From positions 1-60,537 of the forward strand of contig JAJXZI010000022.1 in NCBI GenBank assembly GCA_021780115.1: 60,537 nucleotides of DNA, written 5' to 3'. This document shows positions 19,380 to 29,284 of the stretch, piece after piece. How positions within the stretch are numbered: the first letter of the stretch is position 1; each line of letters starts with the position of its first letter. Both the position numbers and the translations under genes were made by a program. This DNA is from a bacterium. Its GTDB lineage: Bacteria > Verrucomicrobiota > Verrucomicrobiia > Limisphaerales > JAJXZI01. The notes below the pieces were generated by a model. That model had not been told where the DNA came from, ran no database searches, and worked only from the letters and a program-made list of their open reading frames with translations.

Positions 19380-20939
19380 ATGAAACCCGAAGTCGAGATC
19401 TACGACACGACCCTGCGCGATGGCAGCCAGGGCGAAGGCATCAATTTCTCGGTGGCGGACAAGCTCCGCATCGCCGAGCGGTTGGATGACTTCGGGGTCC
19501 ATTACATCGAGGGCGGCTGGCCGGGGTCCAATCCGAAGGACATCGAGCTTTTCGCCCAGGCGCAGCGCAAAAAATACCGGCACGCCCGGCTGGCGGCGTT
19601 CGGCTCAACACGGCGCAAGGACGTGGCGGTGGAGGCCGACGAGCAGGTGCGGCTGCTCCTGGAAGCGGGCACGCCGGTCGTCACGATCTTCGGCAAGACC
19701 TGGCTATTACACGTCAAGGAGGTGCTCCGCACCACGCCGGACGAAAACCTGGCGATGATCGCGGACACGGTGCGCTATCTGAAAGATCACGGGAAATTCG
19801 TGGTGTACGACGCCGAGCACGGTTTCGACGGGTTCAAAGATGATCCGGAGTACGCCCTCGCCACCTGGGGGGCGGCGGAAAAGGCGGGGGCGGACGTGGT
19901 GGTGCTGTGTGACACGAACGGCGGTTCGCTGCCGAAGGAAATCGCGGCCATCACGGCGAAGGCCCGCGGTAGCCTGACGGCGCGCCTTGGCATCCACACG
20001 CACGACGACATCGGCCTGGGCGTGGCGAACGCGCTGACGGCGCTGGAGGTGGGCGCCACGCACGTCCAGGGCACCATTAACGGCTACGGCGAGCGCACCG
20101 GCAACTGCAACCTGACGAGCGTCATCCCGAACCTCACGTTCAAGATGAAGAAACGCTGCGTGCCGGAGGCCGCGCTGGCGCAATTGCGCGAACTGTCGCA
20201 GTTCGTGGATGAGATGGCCAACTTCCGCCACAACCCGCGCCAGCCGTGGGTCGGCGCCACCGCCTTCGCCCACAAAGGCGGCATGCACGTCAACGCCGTG
20301 CAGAAGTTGGCGCGCAGCTTCGAGCACATCGACCCGGCGCTGGTGGGCAACCAGCGGCGGATTCTGGTCAGCGACCTAGCGGGCCGGAGCAACATCGTGA
20401 TGAAGGCGCAGGAGCTGGGCCTGCGGCTCACCAACGACACGCCGGAACTGAAGGCGATTCTCGCGCGGATCAAGGAACTGGAGCACGCGGGCTTCGAGTT
20501 CGAGGCGGCGGAGGCCTCGCTGGCGTTGCTCATCCGCCGCATCCTCCGGCGCCAGGAACTGCCGTTCACCGTGGACGCTTACCACGTCTCCATGCGCCGG
20601 AACGGCGCGAACTCGATTTGCGAGGCCACCGTCAAGGTGCGGGTCCGCGACCAAGCGGCCCACACGGTCGCGGAAGGCGACGGCCCGGTGAACGCGCTGG
20701 ACAAAGCCCTGCGCGCCGCGCTGGTGGCGTTTTATCCGCAACTCCAGAAGGTCGTGCTCACGGATTACAAGGTGCGGATCTTGGAGTCCTCCACCGGCAC
20801 CGGGGCGCGGACGCGGGTGCTCATCGAATCCAGCGATGGCAAGGAGGAGTGGGGCACCGTCGGCGTGGACGACAACATCGTCGAGGCCAGCCTCCAGGCG
20901 CTGGTGGACTCGATGGAGTATGCGTTGTTGAAGAAATGA
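19380..20939 (+). CDS. cimA: citramalate synthase
   Basis: YDTTLRDGSQGEG, IEGGWPGSNPKD, DAEHGFDG, GYGERTGN, AFAHKGGMH, LeuA-type regulatory domain. Confidence 0.93.
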   Translation: MKPEVEIYDTTLRDGSQGEGINFSVADKLRIAERLDDFGVHYIEGGWPGSNPKDIELFAQAQRKKYRHARLAAFGSTRRKDVAVEADEQVRLLLEAGTPVVTIFGKTWLLHVKEVLRTTPDENLAMIADTVRYLKDHGKFVVYDAEHGFDGFKDDPEYALATWGAAEKAGADVVVLCDTNGGSLPKEIAAITAKARGSLTARLGIHTHDDIGLGVANALTALEVGATHVQGTINGYGERTGNCNLTSVIPNLTFKMKKRCVPEAALAQLRELSQFVDEMANFRHNPRQPWVGATAFAHKGGMHVNAVQKLARSFEHIDPALVGNQRRILVSDLAGRSNIVMKAQELGLRLTNDTPELKAILARIKELEHAGFEFEAAEASLALLIRRILRRQELPFTVDAYHVSMRRNGANSICEATVKVRVRDQAAHTVAEGDGPVNALDKALRAALVAFYPQLQKVVLTDYKVRILESSTGTGARTRVLIESSDGKEEWGTVGVDDNIVEASLQALVDSMEYALLKK

Positions 20940-20945
20940 TTTTTC

Positions 20946-21021
20946 AACGCAAAGGCGCAAAGAGGCAAAGTCCCCAAGAATAGAAAGACTTTGCGTCTCC
21001 GCGTTTTGCCGTCATTGCGTT
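20946..21021. repeat. inverted pair of 8-mer tandem arrays (intergenic hairpin)
   Basis: AA-CGCAAAGG-CGCAAAGA-GGCAAAG ... CTTTGCGT-CTCCGCGT-TTTGCCGT-CATTGCGTT. Confidence 0.65.
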
Positions 21022-21029
21022 CAATTTCC

Positions 21030-24000
21030 ATGAGCGAAATTCCCAAAGCCTACGAACCGCAAGCGGTCGAAGAGAAGTGGTACCAGTTTTGGCTCGACCA
21101 GAAGTGCTTCGTGGCCAATCCCGCTTCGCCCAAACCAGCGTATTCCATCGTCATCCCGCCGCCCAACGTCACCGGCATGCTCCACATGGGGCACGTCCTG
21201 AACAACACCATCCAGGACATCCTCGCCCGCAAGGCGCGCATGGACGGCAAGGAAGTCCTCTGGCTGCCGGGCACGGACCACGCCGGCATCGCCACGCAGG
21301 CGGTCGTCGAGAAGGCCCTTCGCAAACAGGGCGTGATGAAGCACCGTGACGACCTCGGCCGCGAGAAGTTCCTCGAACACGTCTGGGCTTGGAAGGAAAA
21401 GCACGGCGGCATCATCATCCAGCAGCTCAAGAAACTCGGCTGCTCGTGCGATTGGACCCGCGAGCGGTTCACGATGGACCCGGATTACTCGCGCTGCGTC
21501 CAGAAGGTCTTCGTCGAGCTCTACAAGAAGGGCCTCATCTACCGCGGCAAACGCATGGTCAACTGGGACCCCGCCGCCCGCACCGCGCTCTCTGATGAGG
21601 AAGTCGAGATGACGGAAACGAAGGGACACCTGTGGCACCTCAAGTACCCAATGCTGGATGATGCCGGTCAACCGATCCCGGACCAGTTCGTCATCGTGGC
21701 CACGACGCGCCCCGAAACGATGCTCGGCGACGAAGCGGTGGCGGTGAATCCCAAGGACGAGCGCTACACCAAGCTCGTCGGAACGAAGGTTCTGCTGCCG
21801 CTCCAGAACAAGCACATCCCGATCATCGCGGATGATTTCGTGGATCCGAAGTTCGGCACGGGCTGCGTGAAGGTGACGCCCGCGCACGATCCGAACGACT
21901 ACGCGATGGCCACGCGCCACAGCCTGCCGCTCACGGTCGTCATCGGCCCGGACGGCAAGATGACTGGCGAAGCGGGCGGCGGTTTCGCGGGGCTGGACCG
22001 CGCCGAAGCGCGCAAGGTGGTCGTGGAGCACTTGGAGAAGCTGGGCCTACTGCTCAAGTTCGAGGACTACGTCCACAACGTTGGCCACAGCCAGCGCAGC
22101 CACGTGCCCATCGAACCGTATCTGAGCGAGCAGTGGTTCCTGAAGTATCCGAGCGTGGAGGCGGCGACGGCGTGTGTGGTGGGGAGCGCACGCGGCCCGC
22201 GTGCCGATTCCGGCGGCCCGCCGGAATCATCGTCAGACCAATCGAGTTTGGAGGAACGAGCGTCGGGCGGGCCGCCCGCCGCGGCAGCCGGGCCGGCTGC
22301 GCTCCCCCCGATGCGTTTTCATCCGGAGCGCTGGAGCAAGACCTACGCGCACTGGATGACCAACCTCCGCGACTGGTGCATCAGCCGCCAGCTTTGGTGG
22401 GGGCATCGGATTCCGGTGTGGCATAAGCGTCTCACAGTTCCCAATCGACCGGAAAATCACAGCAAGGTTTGGTGGTTCAGCGAAACCGAACGCGCACTTG
22501 ATGAATACAGGAACAACGTTGTTGTTCGTATTGTTCACACAGCGTCTGGGCGAATTGTTGGCCCGTTTAAGACTAAAGAAGGAATGGACAACAATCTTGA
22601 GTTAAACGAGGAAATGGACGCCGGAAAACCTGAGCACGAATTTGATGTGTTCGTTTGCACGGTTGATGAACCAGCAGTCAAATACTTGGTTGAGGAAGAA
22701 GGCTTCACCCAAGACCCCGATGTCCTCGACACCTGGTTCAGTTCGTGGCTCTGGCCCTTTGCCACGATGGGCTGGCCGGAGCAGACGCCCACGCTCAGGA
22801 AGTTCTATCCCACCACCGACCTTGTCACCGGGCCGGACATCATTTTCTTCTGGGTCGCGCGGATGATCATGGCGGGCTACGAGTTCATGGGCGACCTGCC
22901 GTTCCGCAACGTCTATTTCACCGGCATCATCCGCGACAAGCTGGGCCGCAAGATGAGCAAGAGCCTGGGCAATTCGCCCGACCCGCTCGAACTCATCGCC
23001 AAGTACGGCGCCGACGCCCTCCGCTTCGGCACCATGCGCAGCGCGCCGCTCGGCCAGGACGTGCTCTTCGACGAGAAGGACGTCGAGTTGGGCCGCAACT
23101 TCTGTAACAAGCTCTGGAACGCCTGCCGGTTCCGGCAAATGCAGGGCGGCGAGGTGCAAGGCGAGATCAACTCCGCCCTGCTCACCAGCGACGACAAGTG
23201 GATGCTCCTCCGCCTCGACGCCGCCATCCGCGAGATCTCCACCGCCTTCGCCGAATACCGCTTCAACGAGGCCACGCAGGCGCTTTACCGCGTTTTCTGG
23301 AGTGAGTTTTGCGACTGGTATCTCGAGGCCGCGAAGGCCCCGATGCAGTCCGGCACGTCGGCGCAAAAGGCCAATACCCTGGCCGTCCTCGACTTCGTCC
23401 TCTCGCACATGCTGCGGCTGTTCCATCCGTTCCTGCCGCACATCACCGAAGAGCTTTGGCACGGCATGGGATACAGCGCCGACATGCCGGAAAAGCAGGG
23501 CGGCAAGACGATCATGTTCGCCCCCTGGCCCAAGCCACTCGACCAGGATTTCCGCGACCACTACGGCCTGAACGACCGCGCTCTCGCCATCGCCGAGGCG
23601 AAGCAGGAGTTGGTGATTCAAGGCCGCAACCTGCGCCGCGAGAAGAACATCCCAGCCAACAAACGGGTGAAGTTCATCCTCAAGCCCGCCGATCCGGTCG
23701 CGCCGCACGACCAAGCGGTGCTCCAGCTTCTGCTAAACGCCGACGTGTTCGACGTGGACCCTTACTTTCAAGGCCCGAAGGGCATGCCATCGGTCCACGT
23801 GAAGCTCGGCGAACTTTTCCTGCCCCTGGAGGGCTTGATTGATGCGGCGGCTGAGCGGGCGCGGTTGACGAAGGAACTGGAAAAGGCGAACGCCGAAACC
23901 GCCAAGGTGGAACAGAAGCTGAACAATCCGTCCTTCGTCCAGAAAGTGCCGCCCGCCGTTTTGGAGGAGCACCAGAAGCGCCGGGCCGAGTGGCAGGCGA

Positions 24001-24044
24001 AACGGGAACTGATTCAAAAGGCGCTGGCGGCGTTAGGCAGTTGA
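21030..24044 (+). CDS. valS: valine--tRNA ligase
   Basis: PPPNVTGMLHMGH, TTRPETMLGD, WCISRQLWWGHRIP, DVLDTWFSS, KMSKS, C-terminal coiled coil. Confidence 0.98.
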   Translation: MSEIPKAYEPQAVEEKWYQFWLDQKCFVANPASPKPAYSIVIPPPNVTGMLHMGHVLNNTIQDILARKARMDGKEVLWLPGTDHAGIATQAVVEKALRKQGVMKHRDDLGREKFLEHVWAWKEKHGGIIIQQLKKLGCSCDWTRERFTMDPDYSRCVQKVFVELYKKGLIYRGKRMVNWDPAARTALSDEEVEMTETKGHLWHLKYPMLDDAGQPIPDQFVIVATTRPETMLGDEAVAVNPKDERYTKLVGTKVLLPLQNKHIPIIADDFVDPKFGTGCVKVTPAHDPNDYAMATRHSLPLTVVIGPDGKMTGEAGGGFAGLDRAEARKVVVEHLEKLGLLLKFEDYVHNVGHSQRSHVPIEPYLSEQWFLKYPSVEAATACVVGSARGPRADSGGPPESSSDQSSLEERASGGPPAAAAGPAALPPMRFHPERWSKTYAHWMTNLRDWCISRQLWWGHRIPVWHKRLTVPNRPENHSKVWWFSETERALDEYRNNVVVRIVHTASGRIVGPFKTKEGMDNNLELNEEMDAGKPEHEFDVFVCTVDEPAVKYLVEEEGFTQDPDVLDTWFSSWLWPFATMGWPEQTPTLRKFYPTTDLVTGPDIIFFWVARMIMAGYEFMGDLPFRNVYFTGIIRDKLGRKMSKSLGNSPDPLELIAKYGADALRFGTMRSAPLGQDVLFDEKDVELGRNFCNKLWNACRFRQMQGGEVQGEINSALLTSDDKWMLLRLDAAIREISTAFAEYRFNEATQALYRVFWSEFCDWYLEAAKAPMQSGTSAQKANTLAVLDFVLSHMLRLFHPFLPHITEELWHGMGYSADMPEKQGGKTIMFAPWPKPLDQDFRDHYGLNDRALAIAEAKQELVIQGRNLRREKNIPANKRVKFILKPADPVAPHDQAVLQLLLNADVFDVDPYFQGPKGMPSVHVKLGELFLPLEGLIDAAAERARLTKELEKANAETAKVEQKLNNPSFVQKVPPAVLEEHQKRRAEWQAKRELIQKALAALGS
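22181..22307. repeat. palindromic four-hairpin element inserted in frame in valS
   Basis: Terminal IR GGGGAGCGCA/TGCGCTCCCC; two hairpins with GCC loops, then two with GGC loops. Confidence 0.85.
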
Positions 24045-24076
24045 CCCACGGGCGTCCGCCCCGCCACCTTGGGGCC

Positions 24077-25546
24077 ATGAACCTCGCCCCGGTGTTCGCC
24101 GGTCTGTGCGCCGTGCTGTTCGTGAACACGGCGCTCGCCACCGTACAATCCGCCCTCGCCCGTTCGGGCCAACTCGAAGACCAGGGTCGTTTCCTCGAAG
24201 CGGCCGAGGTGCTGAAGGGGGCCGCGGAGGACAAAGCCCTGACGGCCGACGAGCGCCAGCAACTGCGGTTCGAACTCGACCGGCTCGACCGCATCCGCCA
24301 GGACTTCCCGCTCGCCGAAACGGCGCTGCTGGCGGAGTTGAAGAAGGCGGTGAAAGACCTGACGCCCGCGGAATTCGAGCGCTGGCTGAGGGAGGGCCGT
24401 TTCGATTCCCGCGTGATCGACGGCCAGCGCCGCTTCATGGCCTCGAGTGTCAGCAACCTCTTCTGGCGCCACCCCGAACTGAATGGCCGCCGCATCGACC
24501 CCAAGGACGACTCCGCCTACCAGAGAGCCTTGTGGGCAGCCTGCGTCGCGATCCAGCGGGCCGCGCGGAAGGAAGGGACGCCGTATGTGCTGCCGAAACG
24601 CTTCGCGGTGACCTTGACCGTCACCGCCGATCCGGATGCCGCTCCCGACGGCCGGCTCATCCGCGCCTGGCTACCGGCGCCCCGGCGCTACCCGTTCCAG
24701 GACGGTTTCGAGTTGCTCGCCAGTTCCGCGCCGGTGCGGGAGCTCGCGCCGGAGGACAGCCCCATCCGTTCAGTCCTGCTGGAACAGCCGGCGCAGACCG
24801 GCCGCGCCACCGAGTTTCGGATCGAATACCGCTACACCACCCGCGGCGTCTGGTTCGACGTGCAGCCGGACACCGTGAAGGCGTTCGACGGCCAAGACGG
24901 CGCCCTCACGGCGTTCACCCGCGAAGCCCCGCACGTCGTCTTCACGCCGGAAATGAAGGCGCTTTCAAAACAGATCGCCGGCGAAGAAAAGAACCCGGCG
25001 CGTCTGGCGAAGGACTTTTACAACTGGATCGCCGACCACATCCAGTACAGCTACGCCATCGAGTATTCCACCATCCGCAACATCAGCGATTACTGCCGGT
25101 CGCACGGCTACGGTGACTGCGGCCAGGAGGCGCTGCTCTTCATGACGCTCTGCCGGCTCAACGGCATTCCCTCGCGCTGGCAGTCGGGTTGGAACACCTT
25201 TCCGGGCGGGCAGAACATCCATGACTGGACGGAGATTTATCTGGCGCCATACGGTTGGCTGCCGGTGGATCCGTGGGCCGGCATTTACGCGACGCGCTAC
25301 GCCACGGCGCTCACGCCGGACCAGCGCCGCCAAGTCCGGGACTTTTATTTCGGAGGCCTGGACCAATACCGCATGGCCGCCAACAGCGACCATTGCCAGA
25401 CACTCGCGCCGCCCAAGCAATCCCCTCGCTCCGACAACGTGGATTTCCAGCGCGGCGAACTGGAGTGGGGCGCGCACAACATCTACTTCGACCATTACTC
25501 CTACCGCCTCGACCTCAAGGAACTCGATACGCCCTCGCTTCCCTGA
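24077..25546 (+). CDS. secreted transglutaminase-like domain protein
   Basis: Signal peptide; catalytic triad pattern GDCG...HDWTEIY...WLPVDP. Confidence 0.88.
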   Translation: MNLAPVFAGLCAVLFVNTALATVQSALARSGQLEDQGRFLEAAEVLKGAAEDKALTADERQQLRFELDRLDRIRQDFPLAETALLAELKKAVKDLTPAEFERWLREGRFDSRVIDGQRRFMASSVSNLFWRHPELNGRRIDPKDDSAYQRALWAACVAIQRAARKEGTPYVLPKRFAVTLTVTADPDAAPDGRLIRAWLPAPRRYPFQDGFELLASSAPVRELAPEDSPIRSVLLEQPAQTGRATEFRIEYRYTTRGVWFDVQPDTVKAFDGQDGALTAFTREAPHVVFTPEMKALSKQIAGEEKNPARLAKDFYNWIADHIQYSYAIEYSTIRNISDYCRSHGYGDCGQEALLFMTLCRLNGIPSRWQSGWNTFPGGQNIHDWTEIYLAPYGWLPVDPWAGIYATRYATALTPDQRRQVRDFYFGGLDQYRMAANSDHCQTLAPPKQSPRSDNVDFQRGELEWGAHNIYFDHYSYRLDLKELDTPSLP

Positions 25547-25615
25547 ACTTGGACGGGGACACCGGGCGCCCGCAGCGATGGTGGGGCCGGCATCCTGGTT
25601 GCCGCTCTGGACGGC

Positions 25616-26917
25616 TCACCCGCCCTGCCGCATCGCCTTGCCGCCGATGTCGCGTCGAAAGTGGGCGCCGTCGAACCGAATGCGCCCAACGGCGGCGTAG
25701 GCGGCGTCGCGCGCCGATTTCAAATCCTTGCCCAACGCCGTCACGCCCAGCACCCGCCCGCCGCTCGTGACGATTTGGCCACCGTCACGCGCGGTGCCGG
25801 CGTGAAAAACCTTGGTGTCCGGCAGGGCGTCGGCCTCGGCGAGGCCGGTGATCGGTTTGCCTTTGGCGTAGCGGCCGGGGTAGCCGCCGGACGCCATCAC
25901 GACGCAGACCGCCGCTTCGGGTTTCCAGTGCAACTCCACGCGGTCGAGCGTGCCCGCCACGCTGGCGTCCAGGAGTTCGACCAAATCGTTCTCCAGCCGC
26001 GTCAGATAGACCTGCGTCTCCGGATCGCCGAAGCGGGCGTTGAACTCCAGCACCTTCGGGCCGTCCGCCGTGAGCATCAGGCCCGGATAAAGGATGCCGC
26101 GGAAGTCGAGGCCCTCGGCGGCGCAACCCCGCAGCCACGGTTGCAGGAGGCGCCGTTCCGCGTCCGCCAGGCCTGCCACATCGAGGAACGGCGTGGGCGA
26201 ATAGGTGCCCATGCCGCCGGTGTTGGGGCCTTGATCGTCGTCCAGGGCGCGCTTGTGGTCCTGGGAAGTCGGGAAGATCCTCGCCGTGCGGCCGTCGCAC
26301 AGCGCGTGCAAGGAAATCTCGGTGCCTTCGAGCAGTTCCTGGATGACGACGCTTGCGCCCGCCGCGCCGAAGGATCGTTTCACCAGGATCTCGTCAATTG
26401 CCGCGGCGGCTTCGGCTTCACTCCGGCAAATCAAGACACCCTTGCCCAGAGCCAAGCCGTCGGCCTTCACGGCGCAATGGCCGCCACAGGACGCGGCAAA
26501 ATCCCGTGCCGCTTTCGGCGCGTTGGTCGCCACCGCCCGGGCGGTGGGGATGCCGTGTCGCGCCATGAACCCTTGCGAAAAGCTCTTGGACGACTCGAAC
26601 TGAGCGGCTCGCCGGTTCGGTCCCCAAATGCGCAGGTGGTGGGACTGGAACAAATCCACGATGCCCAGCGCCAGCGGATTGTCCGGACCGACGACGGTGA
26701 GGTCGGGCCGCCGCTCCTGCGCGAACGCCAGCAGGCTCGGCAAGTCTTCGGCGTTGATCGGGAGGCATTCGACGGGAACGCCGTTCTTCACGAGCCGCTC
26801 GGTGGCGATGCCGGCGTTGCCCGGCGCACACCACAGTTGCGTGGCGTGGGGGGACTGGGCCAGTTTCCACACCAAGGCGTGTTCGCGTCCGCCGGAGCCG
26901 ATGACCAGGAGTTTCAT
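25616..26917 (-). CDS. purD: phosphoribosylamine--glycine ligase
   Basis: MKLLVIGSGGREHAL, APGNAG, VKADGLALGKGV, QDHKR..GPNTGGMG, EFNARFGDPETQ. Confidence 0.98.
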   Translation of the reverse strand: MKLLVIGSGGREHALVWKLAQSPHATQLWCAPGNAGIATERLVKNGVPVECLPINAEDLPSLLAFAQERRPDLTVVGPDNPLALGIVDLFQSHHLRIWGPNRRAAQFESSKSFSQGFMARHGIPTARAVATNAPKAARDFAASCGGHCAVKADGLALGKGVLICRSEAEAAAAIDEILVKRSFGAAGASVVIQELLEGTEISLHALCDGRTARIFPTSQDHKRALDDDQGPNTGGMGTYSPTPFLDVAGLADAERRLLQPWLRGCAAEGLDFRGILYPGLMLTADGPKVLEFNARFGDPETQVYLTRLENDLVELLDASVAGTLDRVELHWKPEAAVCVVMASGGYPGRYAKGKPITGLAEADALPDTKVFHAGTARDGGQIVTSGGRVLGVTALGKDLKSARDAAYAAVGRIRFDGAHFRRDIGGKAMRQGG

Positions 26918-27101
26918 GCCGCCGAATTCAAGCAGGAAGGCGCCGGGACAGGAAGGAATTCCCGCGGCGTCGCCACCTCGTTCCTTCGTCTGGTCACCCG
27001 TTTCCGTGCGAAATCCTCCGCCCCCGGCGTCGAGTTGGGCCGACCGCACCGCGAACTGCATTGCACCCAGCCGGCGGAGCCGCTACAAAGGCGCGCATCG
27101 C

Positions 27102-28214
27102 ATGACGCCACATTCCGCGCCACTTGAACTGAGGCGGCTGAGAGTTTATCCGCTCGCGCAGCGGCACAGCCTGAGCCGCATCGAGGATCTGCTGGTGGAT
27201 CCCGACCAACCGCCGCCGGCCTGCGCGGACACGCTGCGCCAGGCCGTCCACGAGTGCGCCGGCCGGCTCCGTCAAGCGCGGGAACACCGCGCCAGCGTGA
27301 TGCTGCTCTACGGCGCGCATTTGGTGAAGAACGGCCTGCTGCGCGTCGTGAATTCGCTCGTCGAGCGCGGCTGGGTCACGCACCTCGCCACCAACGGTGC
27401 CGGCACCATTCACGATTGGGAACTCTCGTTCCTGGGCCGCACGGAGGAGAGTGTGCGGAAAAACGTCGCCGCCGGCACCTTCGGCACCTGGGACGAGACC
27501 GGCCGGTGCGTCCAACTGGCGTTGCTCGCCGGCGCGCTGCGGGACGATGGTTATGGCCGCAGTCTCGGCCGTTTCATCCTCGACGACGGCGTCACGTTGC
27601 CCAACGCGGAATCGCTGGAGCAGTTGCTCCATGCCGAGCCGGCGCATCCGCTTGCTCCGGCGCGGGCGGAGCTGCTTCAGGCGATACGGACGCACAATCT
27701 GCCCGCCGGCCGGATCGAAGTGAAGCATCCGTGGAAGGAGACCTCGATCCTCGCCCAGGCGGCGCGGCGCAACGTCCCGATGACGGTCCACCCGGGCATC
27801 GGCTACGACATCATCTCCAACCACCCGATGTTCAACGGCGCGGTGCTGGGCCGGGCCGCGACGCAGGATTTCCGGCTGTTCGGCGGCTCGGTCGAGCAGC
27901 TCGACGGCGGCGTGGTGTTGTCCGTCGGCTCGGCCATCATGGCGCCACAGGTGTTCGAGAAGAGTCTCAGTTGCGTCAACAATCTGCGGCTGCAGGCGGG
28001 CCGCCCGGTCGTCAGCGGGCACACCATCTACGTCGTGGATATCCAGGACGGCGGTCGCTGGGACTGGTCCCAAGGCGAGCCGCCGAAAGACAATCCGGCG
28101 TACTATCTGCGGTTTTGCAAGAGCTTCGCCCGCATGGGCGGCGCCATGAAATACCTCCAGTGCGACAACGCGGTCTTCCTCCGCCACCTGCTCCACGCCC
28201 TCGCCCGCCTATGA
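27102..28214 (+). CDS. hypothetical protein, deoxyhypusine-synthase-like fold
   Basis: GAHLVKNG, LATNGAGTIHDWE, FGTWDETG, TVHPGIGYDI, GSAIMAPQVFEK. Confidence 0.65.
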   Translation: MTPHSAPLELRRLRVYPLAQRHSLSRIEDLLVDPDQPPPACADTLRQAVHECAGRLRQAREHRASVMLLYGAHLVKNGLLRVVNSLVERGWVTHLATNGAGTIHDWELSFLGRTEESVRKNVAAGTFGTWDETGRCVQLALLAGALRDDGYGRSLGRFILDDGVTLPNAESLEQLLHAEPAHPLAPARAELLQAIRTHNLPAGRIEVKHPWKETSILAQAARRNVPMTVHPGIGYDIISNHPMFNGAVLGRAATQDFRLFGGSVEQLDGGVVLSVGSAIMAPQVFEKSLSCVNNLRLQAGRPVVSGHTIYVVDIQDGGRWDWSQGEPPKDNPAYYLRFCKSFARMGGAMKYLQCDNAVFLRHLLHALARL

Positions 28215-29242
28215 CACCGCACCGCTTCGACGAACTCACGCAGCGCTACGCGCAGCTTTCCCTCGCGGTGGTCGGCGATTTCTGCCTCGACCGCTATCTC
28301 GAAATCGACCCGGCCCGGGCGGAGACCTCGCTCGAAACCGGCCTGCCGGTTCACAACGTGGTCAACGTCCGCGCGCAACCCGGTGGCGCCGGCACCATCT
28401 TGAACAATCTCGTCGCGCTGGGCGTCGGTTCCCTCTACGCCGTCGGGTTCACGGGCGAAGATGGCGAAGGATTCGAACTGCGGCGGGCGCTGGCCGCGTT
28501 GCGCGGCGTGCGGCTGGATCATTTCCTCCACGCGCCGGAGCGCCGTACGTTCACGTACTGCAAACCGCTGGTGCTCCACCCCGGCCAGCCGCCGCGCGAA
28601 CTGAACCGCCTCGACAGCAAGAACTGGACGCCCACCCCGCCCGCCCTCCAGGAGCAGATCGCCGGCAGCGTGAACCGGCTGGCGCGGACGGCGAACGCCT
28701 TCGTCCTACTCAGCCAGGTGGACGTTCCCGAAACCGGCGTGATCACCACCAGCACCCTCGGCGCGGTCAGGGCCATCACCGAAAACGAACCGCGCCTGCC
28801 GATCATCGCGGACAGTCGGCGCGGGCTGGCCGGCTTTCCGCCGGTGTCCTTCAAGATGAACGCCGCCGAACTCGCGCGCCTGGTCGGCGGCAAGGCTGAG
28901 TGGCGCCTGGAAGCCGTCAAAGAGGCGGCCGTGACGCTCGCCCGGCAGAATCATCGGCACGTCTTCGTGACGCTGGCCGAACAGGGCGTCCTCGGCGCCG
29001 GCCCGCGCGGCAAGGTCGAGCACGTGCCGGCGCTGCCGGTGCGCGGCCCGATCGACATCGTCGGCGCGGGCGACGCCGTCACGGCTAATCTCACGACGGC
29101 GCTGGCGGTCGGGGCGACCTTGCGGGAGACCCTCGAAATCGCGAACGCGGCCGCCTCGGTGGTCATCCATCAACTGGGCACGACCGGCACGGCCACAGTG
29201 AACCAGATTCGCGAAGTGCTCTTTGGCGGCGTCTCCGCCTAG
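28211..29242 (+). CDS. PfkB family carbohydrate kinase (HldE/RfaE kinase-like)
   Basis: VVGDFCLDRY, PGGAGT, KMNAAE, DIVGAGDAV; ATGA overlap with the previous gene. Confidence 0.88.
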   Translation: MTPHRFDELTQRYAQLSLAVVGDFCLDRYLEIDPARAETSLETGLPVHNVVNVRAQPGGAGTILNNLVALGVGSLYAVGFTGEDGEGFELRRALAALRGVRLDHFLHAPERRTFTYCKPLVLHPGQPPRELNRLDSKNWTPTPPALQEQIAGSVNRLARTANAFVLLSQVDVPETGVITTSTLGAVRAITENEPRLPIIADSRRGLAGFPPVSFKMNAAELARLVGGKAEWRLEAVKEAAVTLARQNHRHVFVTLAEQGVLGAGPRGKVEHVPALPVRGPIDIVGAGDAVTANLTTALAVGATLRETLEIANAAASVVIHQLGTTGTATVNQIREVLFGGVSA

Positions 29243-29284
29243 TCGTCAGCCGGCAACCGGTGTTGGCGCGGGGCGCGCCGCCGG

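Noticed and set aside
22425-22700. Intein or intron in valS
   Set aside because: No intein terminal residues or endonuclease motifs; the frame is continuous
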